Below, in pieces: positions 1 through 11,646 of a stretch of 64,000 nt of DNA. How positions within the stretch are numbered: position 1 is the first letter of the stretch; every line of letters begins with the position of its first letter. A program made the position numbers and the translations under genes. The notes beneath the pieces are model-generated. The model worked only from the letters and a program-made list of their open reading frames with translations, searched no databases and was not told the DNA's origin. Origin of the DNA: a virus. Where the stretch lies: positions 19,127 through 83,126 of IMG/VR virus record IMGVR_UViG_3300047508_000265; one strand, written 5' to 3'.

Positions 1-639
1 CCCAAAAGTAATAGTAGCACTGAAGGCGCCAAAATTAAACTTAACTGCATAGGTTTGAGGAGAACCAGAATTGTTTAAAATACGTCCATATATTTTAAAC
101 ACAACTTGATCCCCCGAAGCAAAAGAAATAATCTTGGAAACAAGAGTTGCAGGGGCGCCCGTAAGAACATTAATCGCAATCGCCGTATTAGGAGCATCAG
201 CGTTAAGAACATTTATACCGGAAGGACCAGTAGGGCCAATGGGGCCTGTTGCGCCTGTAGCTCCCGTCGGACCCGCAGAACCAGTAGCTCCTGTAGGACC
301 CGTTAAACCGCGCGGACCAGTAGGACCAGTAGGACCAGTGGGGCCCCCACCAGAAGAACCAGTAGCACCTGTTGGGCCGGTTGGGCCGGTTGGGCCTGTG
401 GTTCCTGCCCCAGTAGCGCCTGTTGCACCGGTAGCACCTGTTGCACCGGTAGCGCCTGTTGCGCCGGTAGCACCTGTTGCACCGGTAGCACCTGTTGCAC
501 CGGTAGCGCCTGTTGCGCCTTGGCCAGCAAATACAGACACAACGGATTTTACGCTAGCCCCAGACTGCAAAAGCTCTACAAGTTCGTCTCCCGTTATGGT
601 ATCCGCAGCAGGTAATTGATCTATGGTTTTCGTGCTCAT
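1..639 (-). CDS. Collagen-like tail fibre/virion protein (runs off the window edge; missed by ORF track)
   Basis: ATG at 639 overlaps the TGA of the upstream ORF (ATGA). Translates [31 protein letters not shown] followed by (GAT/GPT)n triplets. The plus-strand PVA/PVG ORFs are its antisense shadow. Confidence 0.85.
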   Translation of the reverse strand, partial: MSTKTIDQLPAADTITGDELVELLQSGASVKSVVSVFAGQGATGATGATGATGATGATGATGATGATGATGATGATGAGTTGPTGPTGPTGATGSSGGGPTGPTGPTGPRGLTGPTGATGSAGPTGATGATGPIGPTGPSGINVLNADAPNTAIAINVLTGAPATLVSKIISFASGDQVVFKIYGRILNNSGSPQTYAVKFNFGAFSATITFG

Positions 640-782
640 GGTAATACTAATCTATAATCTCCTTCTTCAGTTACGCGAATGTTTTTATCTTCCGTTGCAC
701 GAAATATATTATCGCCTTTTTCCTCAACAGAAACCCCACCGCACTGTGGTCCTTCCTCTACAACACCATCTTCCTCGCTCAT
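636..782 (-). CDS. Small acidic hypothetical virion protein (48 aa)
   Basis: [10 protein letters not shown]...[20 protein letters not shown], with ATGA overlaps at both ends. Confidence 0.6.
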   Translation of the reverse strand: MSEEDGVVEEGPQCGGVSVEEKGDNIFRATEDKNIRVTEEGDYRLVLP

Positions 783-1165
783 GGTCCCGTGGCTCCTGTA
801 GCAATTGTTTGGGTAACTTCTCCCTCGGCGAATATGGTTCCAAAACAAGGTGTGGCAACGGCGCCTGTCTCATCCTCCACCAACTCCACATCCCAATAAT
901 ATGGGCGACCTGGTCGCATTTGAACTGTGTTGGTGTGGGGCACTGTTACGTCTAAAATCCCATCCGCATCCTCGCCTACGACTTCAATATCCCCGTCCTC
1001 AAGCGAACCTTGGAAGATAGCAGCAAAATCCGAATCATACTTACTGCGCTTGATTGTGAAGTAAATTCCATGAAAAGTGGCCAAGCTGATGGGCGTTCCA
1101 TCTGGATTCAGAACGGGTATACGAAGTATAGCAGTGTCGCCTTGAACAATAGAAAGCCGCGTCAT
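779..1165 (-). CDS. BppU-like baseplate/fibre adaptor domain protein
   Basis: IVQGDT...PDGTPISL...FTIK...YYWDVEL...GTI pattern typical of the BppU N-terminal domain; ends in ATGATGP. Confidence 0.65.
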   Translation of the reverse strand: MTRLSIVQGDTAILRIPVLNPDGTPISLATFHGIYFTIKRSKYDSDFAAIFQGSLEDGDIEVVGEDADGILDVTVPHTNTVQMRPGRPYYWDVELVEDETGAVATPCFGTIFAEGEVTQTIATGATGP

Positions 1166-1167
1166 AT

Positions 1168-1623
1168 TTACACTTTATTCATCTTCGCCTCAATTACAAC
1201 TTTGGACATGACAAAAAGCAGTAACTCCGCTCTGCGTCTTTCATCGGCGTCTTCATTCGTATCATCCGCCTTTTCGCGCAATAAAATCTTTAGTCTAATC
1301 GTCTTTTCAGGAGTCAGGCGAAGGTGCTCCAAATCCTCCAAAAGCTTGTCAAGCTCCCGAGATTCAGGGTGCGGATGATGCAATGTGTCAGCAATTTCTT
1401 TTTGAAGAGCAGACCAAAGCGGGCTCACTTGTGTTTCCAAAGTCGTGAGTCTGGTGTTTATTTTCCAAGCATACCCAAGAAGAGCCATGGAAATAGGAAC
1501 CAAGGCCCCCAATATCCAAGGAGTATAAGGCGAGGCATCTGCCAAGACCGCCAGAACACCAACTAGAAGAGCGCTAAAAACTACAGGAACAGCTTTTGTA
1601 CCATAAAAAATATGTGATATCAT
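1168..1623 (-). CDS. Membrane protein (2 TM plus helical tail), possible holin/lysis accessory
   Basis: Two hydrophobic segments then a charged helical C-terminus; ATGA coupling to the upstream gene. Confidence 0.55.
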   Translation of the reverse strand: MISHIFYGTKAVPVVFSALLVGVLAVLADASPYTPWILGALVPISMALLGYAWKINTRLTTLETQVSPLWSALQKEIADTLHHPHPESRELDKLLEDLEHLRLTPEKTIRLKILLREKADDTNEDADERRRAELLLFVMSKVVIEAKMNKV

Positions 1624-1886
1624 GGATTAAAAAGCCTTTGATACCAAGGACGTTTTACAGGAACTTGGTGGTGAACTCTTGGCGATCTGATTCGAGTTGG
1701 AGTTGGAGTTGGAGTTGGAGTTGGAGTTGGAGTTGGAGTTGGTGGAGGAGAAGCATTTTCTATCAGCTCAATTCGATCCATGTTTTGATCGCTTTGTTCT
1801 GCTAAATGAGAAAGCCACCTAAACGACAGTCCTGTAACAAAAACAACTATCGTCAGGATTACAAATCTTATAATCCACACTCGCAT
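1620..1886 (-). CDS. Membrane-anchored protein with Pro-Thr repeat linker
   Basis: N-terminal TM helix, (PT)n tract, C-terminal KRPWYQRLF. Confidence 0.65.
   Translation of the reverse strand: MRVWIIRFVILTIVVFVTGLSFRWLSHLAEQSDQNMDRIELIENASPPPTPTPTPTPTPTPTPTRIRSPRVHHQVPVKRPWYQRLFNP
1694..1741. repeat. Hexamer tandem repeat (GAGTTG)x8 encoding the Pro-Thr tract
   Basis: Eight perfect copies visible. Confidence 0.95.
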
Positions 1887-1887
1887 T

Positions 1888-2214
1888 TTAAAAAGGCGAA
1901 GGATTTTGTGTTGCTATGCCAGTTGCGGGCGGCGAAGTATAAGGCTCAGGATTGACCTCAGATTCGGCCTTGACAGGAATGCCCTCCAACTTGGTCAGGC
2001 AAAGATCGCCATCTTCATCCAGCTTGAACGTGCCAACTGCGGTAAATTCGTCTCCTGCCTTAACGCCAGAAGGAAGCTGGTAACCTTCTGGAATTGCGAA
2101 ATCGACTTTGTCTTCCTCATCGTAATCTTGCTGTTCATCCGGACCGGCAGGGCCCATACCTTTCGGAAGAACGCCTTTCATCTGGGCTATAATATCAGAG
2201 GCTTTATTAGGCAT
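1888..2214 (-). CDS. Hypothetical structural-region protein, paralogue of 6680-7072
   Basis: Shares F.(I/L)P..Y.LP.G..AGD.F.AVGTF..DE.G......(E/D)G.P with 6680-7072. Confidence 0.75.
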   Translation of the reverse strand: MPNKASDIIAQMKGVLPKGMGPAGPDEQQDYDEEDKVDFAIPEGYQLPSGVKAGDEFTAVGTFKLDEDGDLCLTKLEGIPVKAESEVNPEPYTSPPATGIATQNPSPF

Positions 2215-2230
2215 GGGAATACGATAACAT

Positions 2231-2911
2231 TCATAAAGCGGTCGCGCTAACTATTTCTGACCAATCTGAAAAAACATTTCCGCCCCACAGAAACGGGTTC
2301 TGCGCTCGGACACGATAATAGTAGGTTGTGCCGGAGATAACAGTGATATCAGTCAACGAGTGGAGCACAAAGTTGTTTAGGTAACGCCATGTCACTAGAT
2401 CGGTTGAACGATAGATGTAAAATATCATTCCTGTTCCATCAGGTTCGGGGATGAAATATCCATTAGTCCAAGAGACGCGGATAGAACCAATTTGTGGAAC
2501 CGCCGCCACATTGATAGGTGGCGCTGGTATTTGCTGGTTTGGCATCGGCCCATCCGCTGTCGTAAAAACAACTTCATCGGTAAATACGGAAACCTGCCCC
2601 TGTGCGTCATAGGCGCGGGATTTATAACACCACATTGTCCCTGGCAAAAGCCTTACTGAATCGATAAACGAACCCTGCGGGTAGCCGGAATTTATGTTAT
2701 GAAATACCTCAGTAGGCATTTGTGCCCGCCACGCTTGAAATCCTACTTGAGTCCCAACTTTAGGATCTACGTGGAAATGAACCTTGTAAGGATCGACCGA
2801 ACCGTCAGCCTCAAACACCGGATCGACATGAAAATTTGTTGGTGGAGGCGGCGTCGGCGATTGTCCGTAAGCAGTTAAAGCGAGCAATGCGATTAAAAAT
2901 AAATATTTCAT
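2231..2911 (-). CDS. Signal-peptide protein with fibronectin type III domains
   Basis: MKYLFLIALLALTAYGQ signal; FN3 motifs PAPP.NV...IRVSW...YIYRS...TYYYRVRAQN...SDWSE. Confidence 0.75.
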   Translation of the reverse strand: MKYLFLIALLALTAYGQSPTPPPPTNFHVDPVFEADGSVDPYKVHFHVDPKVGTQVGFQAWRAQMPTEVFHNINSGYPQGSFIDSVRLLPGTMWCYKSRAYDAQGQVSVFTDEVVFTTADGPMPNQQIPAPPINVAAVPQIGSIRVSWTNGYFIPEPDGTGMIFYIYRSTDLVTWRYLNNFVLHSLTDITVISGTTYYYRVRAQNPFLWGGNVFSDWSEIVSATAL

Positions 2912-2947
2912 AGGATTCAAAAATAACCCTAAAAGGGAATCAAGCAA

Positions 2948-3666
2948 TCACTGAATCATAAATCCACCAAACCCCCCACCCAACCCATAAAGCAATCGCA
3001 CGTATCCTGCTGCTCCCGTTCCACCGGCACGATTCGTGGCTGTCGTGGAGAATGCACCACCACCCGCACCACCATAAGCATTGGCAGGACTGCCGGTTCC
3101 TGCCGTTGTTCTTGCCGCTCCACCAACTCCACCGACATTGTTAACGTTGGGGTTTATTGAAGTACCTGTGCCGCCCGCGCTAATCCCTCCCGCGCCACCA
3201 GCCCCCTGGCTGCCTGCTGCCCCTCCGCCTGCCGCGCCATGAGTTGAATCGCCAGTGCCGCCGCTACCACCAGCAAATAGAAGATCGCCTACGCATCCAG
3301 TAGTTGAACCTACCCCGCCCGTCGAACTATTAGCCACACTTTTTCCACCCGCGCCGCCTTTGGCGACACAACTCGTGGAACTATCACCTACAAAGCTACT
3401 GTCGTTTCCCTGTCCGCCGTTTCCTGCGCTCGTTCCAGTCTTAAGGGCCGCCACGGTGACGGTGTAACTGCTGCCGGGAGTAACGGGAATCATTGCTTTA
3501 GCTGCATAAGTTCCGCCTGCTCCTCCACCACCACCAAAATTTCCGCCGTCCGTGGTGCTCGTGCCGCCGCCCGCGCCGCCGCCGCCCCAACACTCAGCAG
3601 TGACAAACCGAATACCTGCTGGACAAGTCCAACTTTGGGTTGTTGTGAATTCTTCAACGTAAGCCA

Positions 3667-3667
<1 letters not shown>
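2948..3667 (-). CDS. Glycine-rich tail-associated protein
   Basis: FTT..SWTCPAG...AECWGGGGAGG...GGAGG.Y...VTPG.SYTVTV, the glycine-rich domain common next to fibre genes. Confidence 0.8.
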
Positions 3668-6678
<3,011 letters not shown>

Positions 6679-6679
6679 G

Positions 6680-7072
6680 TCATCTACGTACGTGCATTTT
6701 GTTAGCAGCGCCAAAGTTCAAGGCGTTACGTGGAAGCACAATGCCACGAGTTCCAAAAGGCGTTACTGAATTAGTCAAGCCATTAACTCCCATTGCTCCC
6801 GGAGCCGCAGGATTGGGGTCCCCTTCGCTCTGCTCTGGTGACATAGACGGATCAATAGGCATGCCGTCAACTTGAACAATCTCCATCAAGCCCGCTTCAT
6901 CAACACGAAAAGTTCCCACAGCATTGAATAAATCTCCTGCAGCAAGTCCATCAGGCAAAGGATAATTTTTAGGTAGTGGGAAAGTTACTCTCGGAGCTTC
7001 TGATATTGGCTCACCAGCAGGGTTAGTCTGCGGCTTCATCATCTGCGAAATTATATTACCGACATTGGCCAT
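6680..7072 (-). CDS. Hypothetical structural-region protein, paralogue of 1888-2214
   Basis: Same core motif as 1888-2214. Confidence 0.75.
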   Translation of the reverse strand: MANVGNIISQMMKPQTNPAGEPISEAPRVTFPLPKNYPLPDGLAAGDLFNAVGTFRVDEAGLMEIVQVDGMPIDPSMSPEQSEGDPNPAAPGAMGVNGLTNSVTPFGTRGIVLPRNALNFGAANKMHVRR

Positions 7073-7101
7073 TACTGAAGGTCTCTCAATTAGCAGCTAA
7101 G

Positions 7102-7338
7102 TCAAGGAGCTTTGTTTAACGGAAGGAATATGACCAACCCGTCCCAAGAAGTATGAGCGTAAAGCCACCTGTAATGTTTTGCAGTCTTGTGATCACATTG
7201 AAAACAAGGGCCATTGTTAGGACACACCAAAGCGTTAGGTTTACCATTACGATAATCAGGAACTGTTTCTCCGAGAAGTATTTGGCAAAATCCAAAATAT
7301 ACCATCACTATAACCACTATCCGCTGTAGGAATTCCAT
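7102..7338 (-). CDS. Small exported/membrane protein with Cys/His cluster
   Basis: Hydrophobic N-terminus; C.....C..C.H. Confidence 0.5.
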   Translation of the reverse strand: MEFLQRIVVIVMVYFGFCQILLGETVPDYRNGKPNALVCPNNGPCFQCDHKTAKHYRWLYAHTSWDGLVIFLPLNKAP

Positions 7339-7642
7339 TTTTAATTAATCCTAATTTAACCGCTTGACTCCACGTTCGGTACTTCAACATTTTAATTTTC
7401 TTTTTCATTTTCGTAGGCAATCGATGATTTGAACCAACCCTTCGACGGTAGAATAGTCGCCAACACCAGCCCAAGAACGCTTCAATCGAGCTTTTGTGTC
7501 GCTTAGCAGTTTTTGTTCTTCCTTAGTTAATTCCTTTTTCACGGAGTTACAAGCGCATTAAACATATGAGAACATTCTCGAAGCACTAAAATCGCAACCA
7601 CAATTACCAAAATCCCAAAAGCAATACTAGCCACGGTTCGTA

Positions 7643-8212
7643 TCATTTTGCGCTAAATGAAAGTACACGAAAGTTAGCTGACCCATTGCTCAAATAAGCG
7701 CCATGGGCGTATCCGTGATCGGTTCCACCAAAACAAACTGAAATATCTGAGTCACCGGCAACAGCTTTGTTAAATAAATTAATATGCGCCTGATCGTAAT
7801 TACACGGAAATCCATCTATCGTCTGCCAATTTTCAGGAGTCATCTTAACAGTCAAGGTATGCCTACCGATCTGTAAATCTTGTCGATTGGCATGATTGGA
7901 AAAAATTGTTGCACTAGCAAATTTGAATCCTACCTGTCCTGGTTCGTTTTCAGTGGACGTAAAAATAGGATTTTTACCAGTGATCTCATAAGTCATGGAA
8001 ACCTGCTTAACTAATTTAGCTCCTCTATCGACAGAATGAATTCCATCTTTGTTTGGGAAATCAAAAGAAAAAGTATCTCCAGTCACAACTAGTTTTACAT
8101 TTTTTGTCCAAGCATCAACATGCCAGTTTTTAGATTCGATACCTAACGCGGCGCACCCCACAAGAAACAGGGCAAATAAAACAGATAAAAAATTACTTGT
8201 TTTCATAAACAA
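7643..8212 (-). CDS. Putative lipoprotein (beta-rich)
   Basis: Signal peptide with lipobox LVGC. Confidence 0.65.
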   Translation of the reverse strand: MFMKTSNFLSVLFALFLVGCAALGIESKNWHVDAWTKNVKLVVTGDTFSFDFPNKDGIHSVDRGAKLVKQVSMTYEITGKNPIFTSTENEPGQVGFKFASATIFSNHANRQDLQIGRHTLTVKMTPENWQTIDGFPCNYDQAHINLFNKAVAGDSDISVCFGGTDHGYAHGAYLSNGSANFRVLSFSAK

Positions 8213-8381
8213 TATGGTTGACCTCTACTTTGAATAACACAAATTCCGCTTTGGGTCCAGAGGATTTCTCACTTTTGTATAAGCTAACTCCTCCACTAGT
8301 AAAATAACCGGCAACCATAGGCGCAGCAGCACATCCGCTAAGTAAATAGATCGCCACAATAGCTTCAATACACTTTATCAT
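8193..8381 (-). CDS. Small putative lipoprotein
   Basis: Lipobox LSGC after a hydrophobic stretch. Confidence 0.55.
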   Translation of the reverse strand: MIKCIEAIVAIYLLSGCAAAPMVAGYFTSGGVSLYKSEKSSGPKAEFVLFKVEVNHIVYENK

Positions 8382-8574
8382 TTTCTGGATCGGGATTGGC
8401 CCACTTAGCTTTGGGCGGGTCTATACTGAAATGGAAGTCAATTTTTATGTTGAAGCGATCGAGGAGCCCGTGAAGAATTCCTGCCGCCCGCATTTCAAAA
8501 TCTTGGGCGATTGGGCCCAGAGTTTGAACAGCTTCTAAGCCCGCTTCTTTACCAGTACTAGCGAATAAGCCCAT
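8365..8574 (-). CDS. Hypothetical protein
   Basis: ATG ORF in operon orientation. Confidence 0.55.
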   Translation of the reverse strand: MGLFASTGKEAGLEAVQTLGPIAQDFEMRAAGILHGLLDRFNIKIDFHFSIDPPKAKWANPDPENDKVY

Positions 8575-8638
8575 AATAGTCCTGCTGCCGCAATAACCTG
8601 TAAGCTGTTAACTTCTATTAGAAATTGAAAATAGGCGA

Positions 8639-9001
8639 TTAGCACCCGGATTGCACTTTGACAGCCAGTGCCTCTAAAACTTGGTTTACTTGAGCAGGAG
8701 TAACCGGATGCGCTGCTACAAAGTCATCTATAATCCCTCTGATGAAATCGGTGTATTGATTCCCAGACGGTAGCCAACTGTCAGCCAATGCTTGCAGTGC
8801 CGCCGGAATTCTGGTCGCATCTCTAGCAAGTGCACTGCCTTCAAGACTGCGTATAGCAATTGCAAACGCCTGTTTATAAACACAAGAATTAGGTCCAAGA
8901 ACGCATACGTATTTTGTTCCTGTGGTTTTATTCACACAGCACCCACTTTGAAAGAGCATTGCTACTGATAAAATTAAGGCGATTAGATATTTCATGGACA
9001 A
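8639..9001 (-). CDS. Putative lipoprotein (helical)
   Basis: MKYLIALILSVAMLFQSGC lipobox-like signal. Confidence 0.6.
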   Translation of the reverse strand: MSMKYLIALILSVAMLFQSGCCVNKTTGTKYVCVLGPNSCVYKQAFAIAIRSLEGSALARDATRIPAALQALADSWLPSGNQYTDFIRGIIDDFVAAHPVTPAQVNQVLEALAVKVQSGC

Positions 9002-9174
9002 CCTTCGCTAATGTTTCCGCTCATTGCAGGAAAACCTTTTCCAGAATCTCCTGCACGTTCATCAGAAGGCCCGCCATCACCACTGCCAATACCGAAAGAT
9101 TTGCAAGTTTCACTGGCGATATCCTCTGGCATAATTGGAGCGCCGCTGGCGCCTTTTATTAGATCTTCGTTCAT
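8992..9174 (-). CDS. Small low-complexity hypothetical protein
   Basis: ATG with upstream AAGGA; operon position. Confidence 0.5.
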   Translation of the reverse strand: MNEDLIKGASGAPIMPEDIASETCKSFGIGSGDGGPSDERAGDSGKGFPAMSGNISEGCP

Positions 9175-9187
9175 TTATTTCCTTTCG

Positions 9188-9436
9188 TTAACAATTGGTT
9201 CCAAATGTCCCGCGAGCGAGCCCGTATTGAGAAACACTAGGATCGCCAGCTTTAATATCCGGATTCATATTCACCGGTTCCGCCTCGGGAACAATCTTAG
9301 GTTTGGTTGGAGGAGACATAAACGGTTTCATGGATGCCATAGCATCCCCCTCTCCGTCGCCACCACCATCGCGTCTTAAGGCGGGTGGTCTTGAAGCTGT
9401 AGATGGTGTATTAGTTCCTGTAGGTATTTGATCCAT
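9188..9436 (-). CDS. Small hypothetical protein after MCP
   Basis: ATG 5 nt after a predicted -10 box. Confidence 0.6.
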   Translation of the reverse strand: MDQIPTGTNTPSTASRPPALRRDGGGDGEGDAMASMKPFMSPPTKPKIVPEAEPVNMNPDIKAGDPSVSQYGLARGTFGTNC

Positions 9437-9441
9437 AAATT

Positions 9442-9483
9442 AATGTAGGACCGCGCAGCAGAACTGTCAAGGTTCTGCTGCGC
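9442..9483 (-). promoter_or_regulatory. Sigma70-like promoter whose -35 box lies in the loop of a 12-bp perfect inverted repeat
   Basis: TTGACA (9470-9465), 17 bp, TACATT (9447-9442); arms GCGCAGCAGAAC 9453-9464 and 9472-9483. Confidence 0.6.
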
Positions 9484-9499
9484 TAATCCAAGTTAAGGT

Positions 9500-10663
9500 T
9501 TAGGCACCAGTACAACCAGTGTCGCCAGGAATCACTGGACCACAGCGTAAGTGACGAATCACATAACCGAGGTCAGGACGCTCTTCTTTTATCCCATACG
9601 CAAATAGCGCACGGAAGAAGCCGATGTTGCCATCGATATTGCAGTCCCGGGACGGGATGTTGCGCCACACGAACTCACCTGCCCACGAATACTGGGCGAG
9701 ATAGGTCATGCCGCCAATGTTGCCCTGAGGCTTGGGAATCAGCACACGAAGAACTTCCTCGTGATAGATTACCGTATCCTCGTAGTCAGCATCTTTGTAG
9801 ACGTCATTAACCAGCCATTTCTGACCGCGAGAAGCACTTGCAGCAGAATACGGATATCTCCGCGCATAGGCGCCGGTCACGATATCGTATCTAGGCGGAA
9901 ACTGCACAGCTTGGAATTTAAAGCCATGGTAAACTTTTCCGCCAAGCCCAGGAGCACCAACCAATACATCAGGTTCGTTAAACGAGAAATACCGGTAGTC
10001 ATTCCTGTTATTGGAACTCAGTTTCTTGAGGTTGTTGAACGTGTAATTCGAGCCAACCGCTGTGTAAACAGCAGTGCCATCATCAACACGCGCAGTAGGT
10101 TTCAAAGTTCCGCCATTATACCCAAGCTCTTGGTGAATTGTTTCAAGCAACTCAAAGCTCAAGGTTGATGTAGGCGGAACAGAAGCGTCAAAGGTTGTCT
10201 CAATCGTAGGCGAGGCGCCTATAGCTGAAACACAATTAGCTGAATGGGCGATTACTTCTGTTTGATAGGTCTGGGACCAAACCCACTTTGAATTCTCGGC
10301 GAGAACTCTAGTTACGTTTTTGATCTGGTCTAGCACCTGCCATTGGAACTTGAAATCATCCAAGCAGATATCTGGACTATTGACGGCAGCTTTCTTCAAA
10401 GCCACGGTCTTCACATCAACAGCGAAACTGTCAATGTTATAGCCAGTGATAGAACATGCGCCGGTACCGATCAGGTTATTACCTGTGGCACCAGTGGCGC
10501 TGAGAGTTGCAAACGACTGGAAGAAATCCGCATCCGTTACCGCTTTCGTGATTAACGATCGCTGATATATTGGGTACGAATATTGATAGCCTTGGCCGTC
10601 AAGCCAAGGTTCCTTCGGCAGTGTTTTAATGTAAAAATCTGAGTCTTGAATTTGGACTGCAAC
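9500..10663 (-). CDS. Major capsid protein, exon 2
   Basis: 387 codons plus stop, downstream of scaffold, portal and TerL; C-terminal GEFVWRNI...CNIDG..GFFRA.F..G; in frame with exon 1 after splicing. Confidence 0.85.
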   Translation of the reverse strand, partial: VAVQIQDSDFYIKTLPKEPWLDGQGYQYSYPIYQRSLITKAVTDADFFQSFATLSATGATGNNLIGTGACSITGYNIDSFAVDVKTVALKKAAVNSPDICLDDFKFQWQVLDQIKNVTRVLAENSKWVWSQTYQTEVIAHSANCVSAIGASPTIETTFDASVPPTSTLSFELLETIHQELGYNGGTLKPTARVDDGTAVYTAVGSNYTFNNLKKLSSNNRNDYRYFSFNEPDVLVGAPGLGGKVYHGFKFQAVQFPPRYDIVTGAYARRYPYSAASASRGQKWLVNDVYKDADYEDTVIYHEEVLRVLIPKPQGNIGGMTYLAQYSWAGEFVWRNIPSRDCNIDGNIGFFRALFAYGIKEERPDLGYVIRHLRCGPVIPGDTGCTGA

Positions 10664-10883
10664 CAATATTGTTACTACCTTTTCAGGCGGCTATGAGCTT
10701 TCGCCATAGCTCTTTGGTTTTATCTATATCCAAAGATCGGACTATATCATCCCTTTCGGGCCCTGCGTATAGTCTCTACGGGGTCATTTACGACTTCCCT
10801 CGGTATTGTCCTTTTCAGGAGTTTCACCGATATAGCAAGGTTTTCCATTTCAGCTATTTCTAACTGAAACGCGACGTTGGTCC
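10664..10883 (-). mobile_element. Group I self-splicing intron (220 nt, no internal ORF) in the MCP gene
   Basis: P1: exon CGAU pairs with GUCG giving U.G at the splice site. P10: CAAC pairs with 3' exon GUUG. P3 CCUUGC/GCAGGG, P4 UCGGU/ACCGA, R element GUAGAGACUA (10779-10770), S element GAUAUAGUCC (10748-10739), terminal G at 10664. Confidence 0.92.
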
Positions 10884-10943
10884 ATCGTTCCGAATTAGCA
10901 TCGAATGATCAAGAAACAGATTTTCTAAAGCAGTACATGCCAT
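10884..10943 (-). CDS. Major capsid protein, exon 1 (MACTALENLFLDHSMLIRND)
   Basis: Exactly 20 codons from ATG at 10943; the unspliced frame hits TAG inside the intron; spliced product is 407 aa. Confidence 0.85.
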
Positions 10944-10957
10944 AATAAAATCTTTCT

Positions 10958-11114
10958 TAAAAGGTTACACTGAGGATATTCCTATCGCCTAATGCGATAA
11001 GTCTCAGCTTTCTCCCTTTCCGCAGCGGTTATGAACTCGGATTAGGGAACTCCGAAACCGCGAAAAGCTAATTAAGGGTTAGCAACCCTGCGCCTTATTA
11101 TCCTTCGAGCGCAC
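10958..11114 (-). ncRNA. Structured 5' leader upstream of MCP
   Basis: Stems UGCGCU/GGCGCA, GGGUU/AACCC, GCGGUU/AACCGC with inner UCGGA/UCCGA, CUGAG/CUCAG with inner UAUCGC/GCGAUA; no credible ORF. Confidence 0.5.
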
Positions 11115-11143
11115 TTGTTCTTTAACACCAACAAACTAACTCG

Positions 11144-11605
11144 TCAAGAAATTTCTTTATGAGGACAAACGCCATAGTTAGATTTGGCGTTATTGCAATT
11201 GTGGCACAACACTTGAAAGCCTTTAGGAAATTTATTCTTTTTTAACCAACGATAAAAATCAGTTCCCGCTCTTCCATTAGTGTATTTACGTCTATGAGCA
11301 TTGCCCCTTCCTTCTATATGATCAATTACTAAAAATTGAAAGATATCTTCACCACAACAAGCGCATTTAGATGGCGTACCGCCATAATGCTCCAAGCATT
11401 CTTTTCGAAGAGCTTGTTCCCGTTTCTTTTTCTTTGCGATAATCTCTACAGAATGATTACGATACCAGACTTTCCATCCCTTTCGTCTAGATCGTTTCCC
11501 TTTTTCGGACATGTAATATCGACGACTAGCTGCCTTCCCTTTGTCAGAATGGTTGTACCGGTATTCAGTAGCAAGTCGAGCTTCGCGCCGTTCATGAATA
11601 TTCAC
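11144..11605 (-). CDS. HNH homing endonuclease, family B (HYG..CxC...IDHI...FY.WL...FP...LC.NC)
   Basis: IDHI and LCHNCN motifs; basic N-terminus; paralogous to 26850 and 30974. Confidence 0.85.
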   Translation of the reverse strand: MNIHERREARLATEYRYNHSDKGKAASRRYYMSEKGKRSRRKGWKVWYRNHSVEIIAKKKKREQALRKECLEHYGGTPSKCACCGEDIFQFLVIDHIEGRGNAHRRKYTNGRAGTDFYRWLKKNKFPKGFQVLCHNCNNAKSNYGVCPHKEIS

Positions 11606-11612
11606 TATCCTA

Positions 11613-11641
11613 ATATTACCAGATTACTGGTACAATATCAA
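11613..11641 (-). promoter_or_regulatory. Sigma70-like promoter, leaderless for the HNH gene
   Basis: TTGATA, 17 bp, TAATAT, then 7 nt to GTG at 11605. Confidence 0.6.
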
Positions 11642-11646
11642 GATAA

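Noticed and set aside
134-619. Plus-strand PVA/PVG-repeat ORFs (also 5126-5590, 6155-6598, 12407-12880)
   Set aside because: Antisense shadows of the minus-strand collagen and scaffold repeats; the stop-free frames arise from the repeat sequence
10669-10863. Plus-strand 64-aa ORF over the intron
   Set aside because: Antisense to the ribozyme core, with no protein-like features
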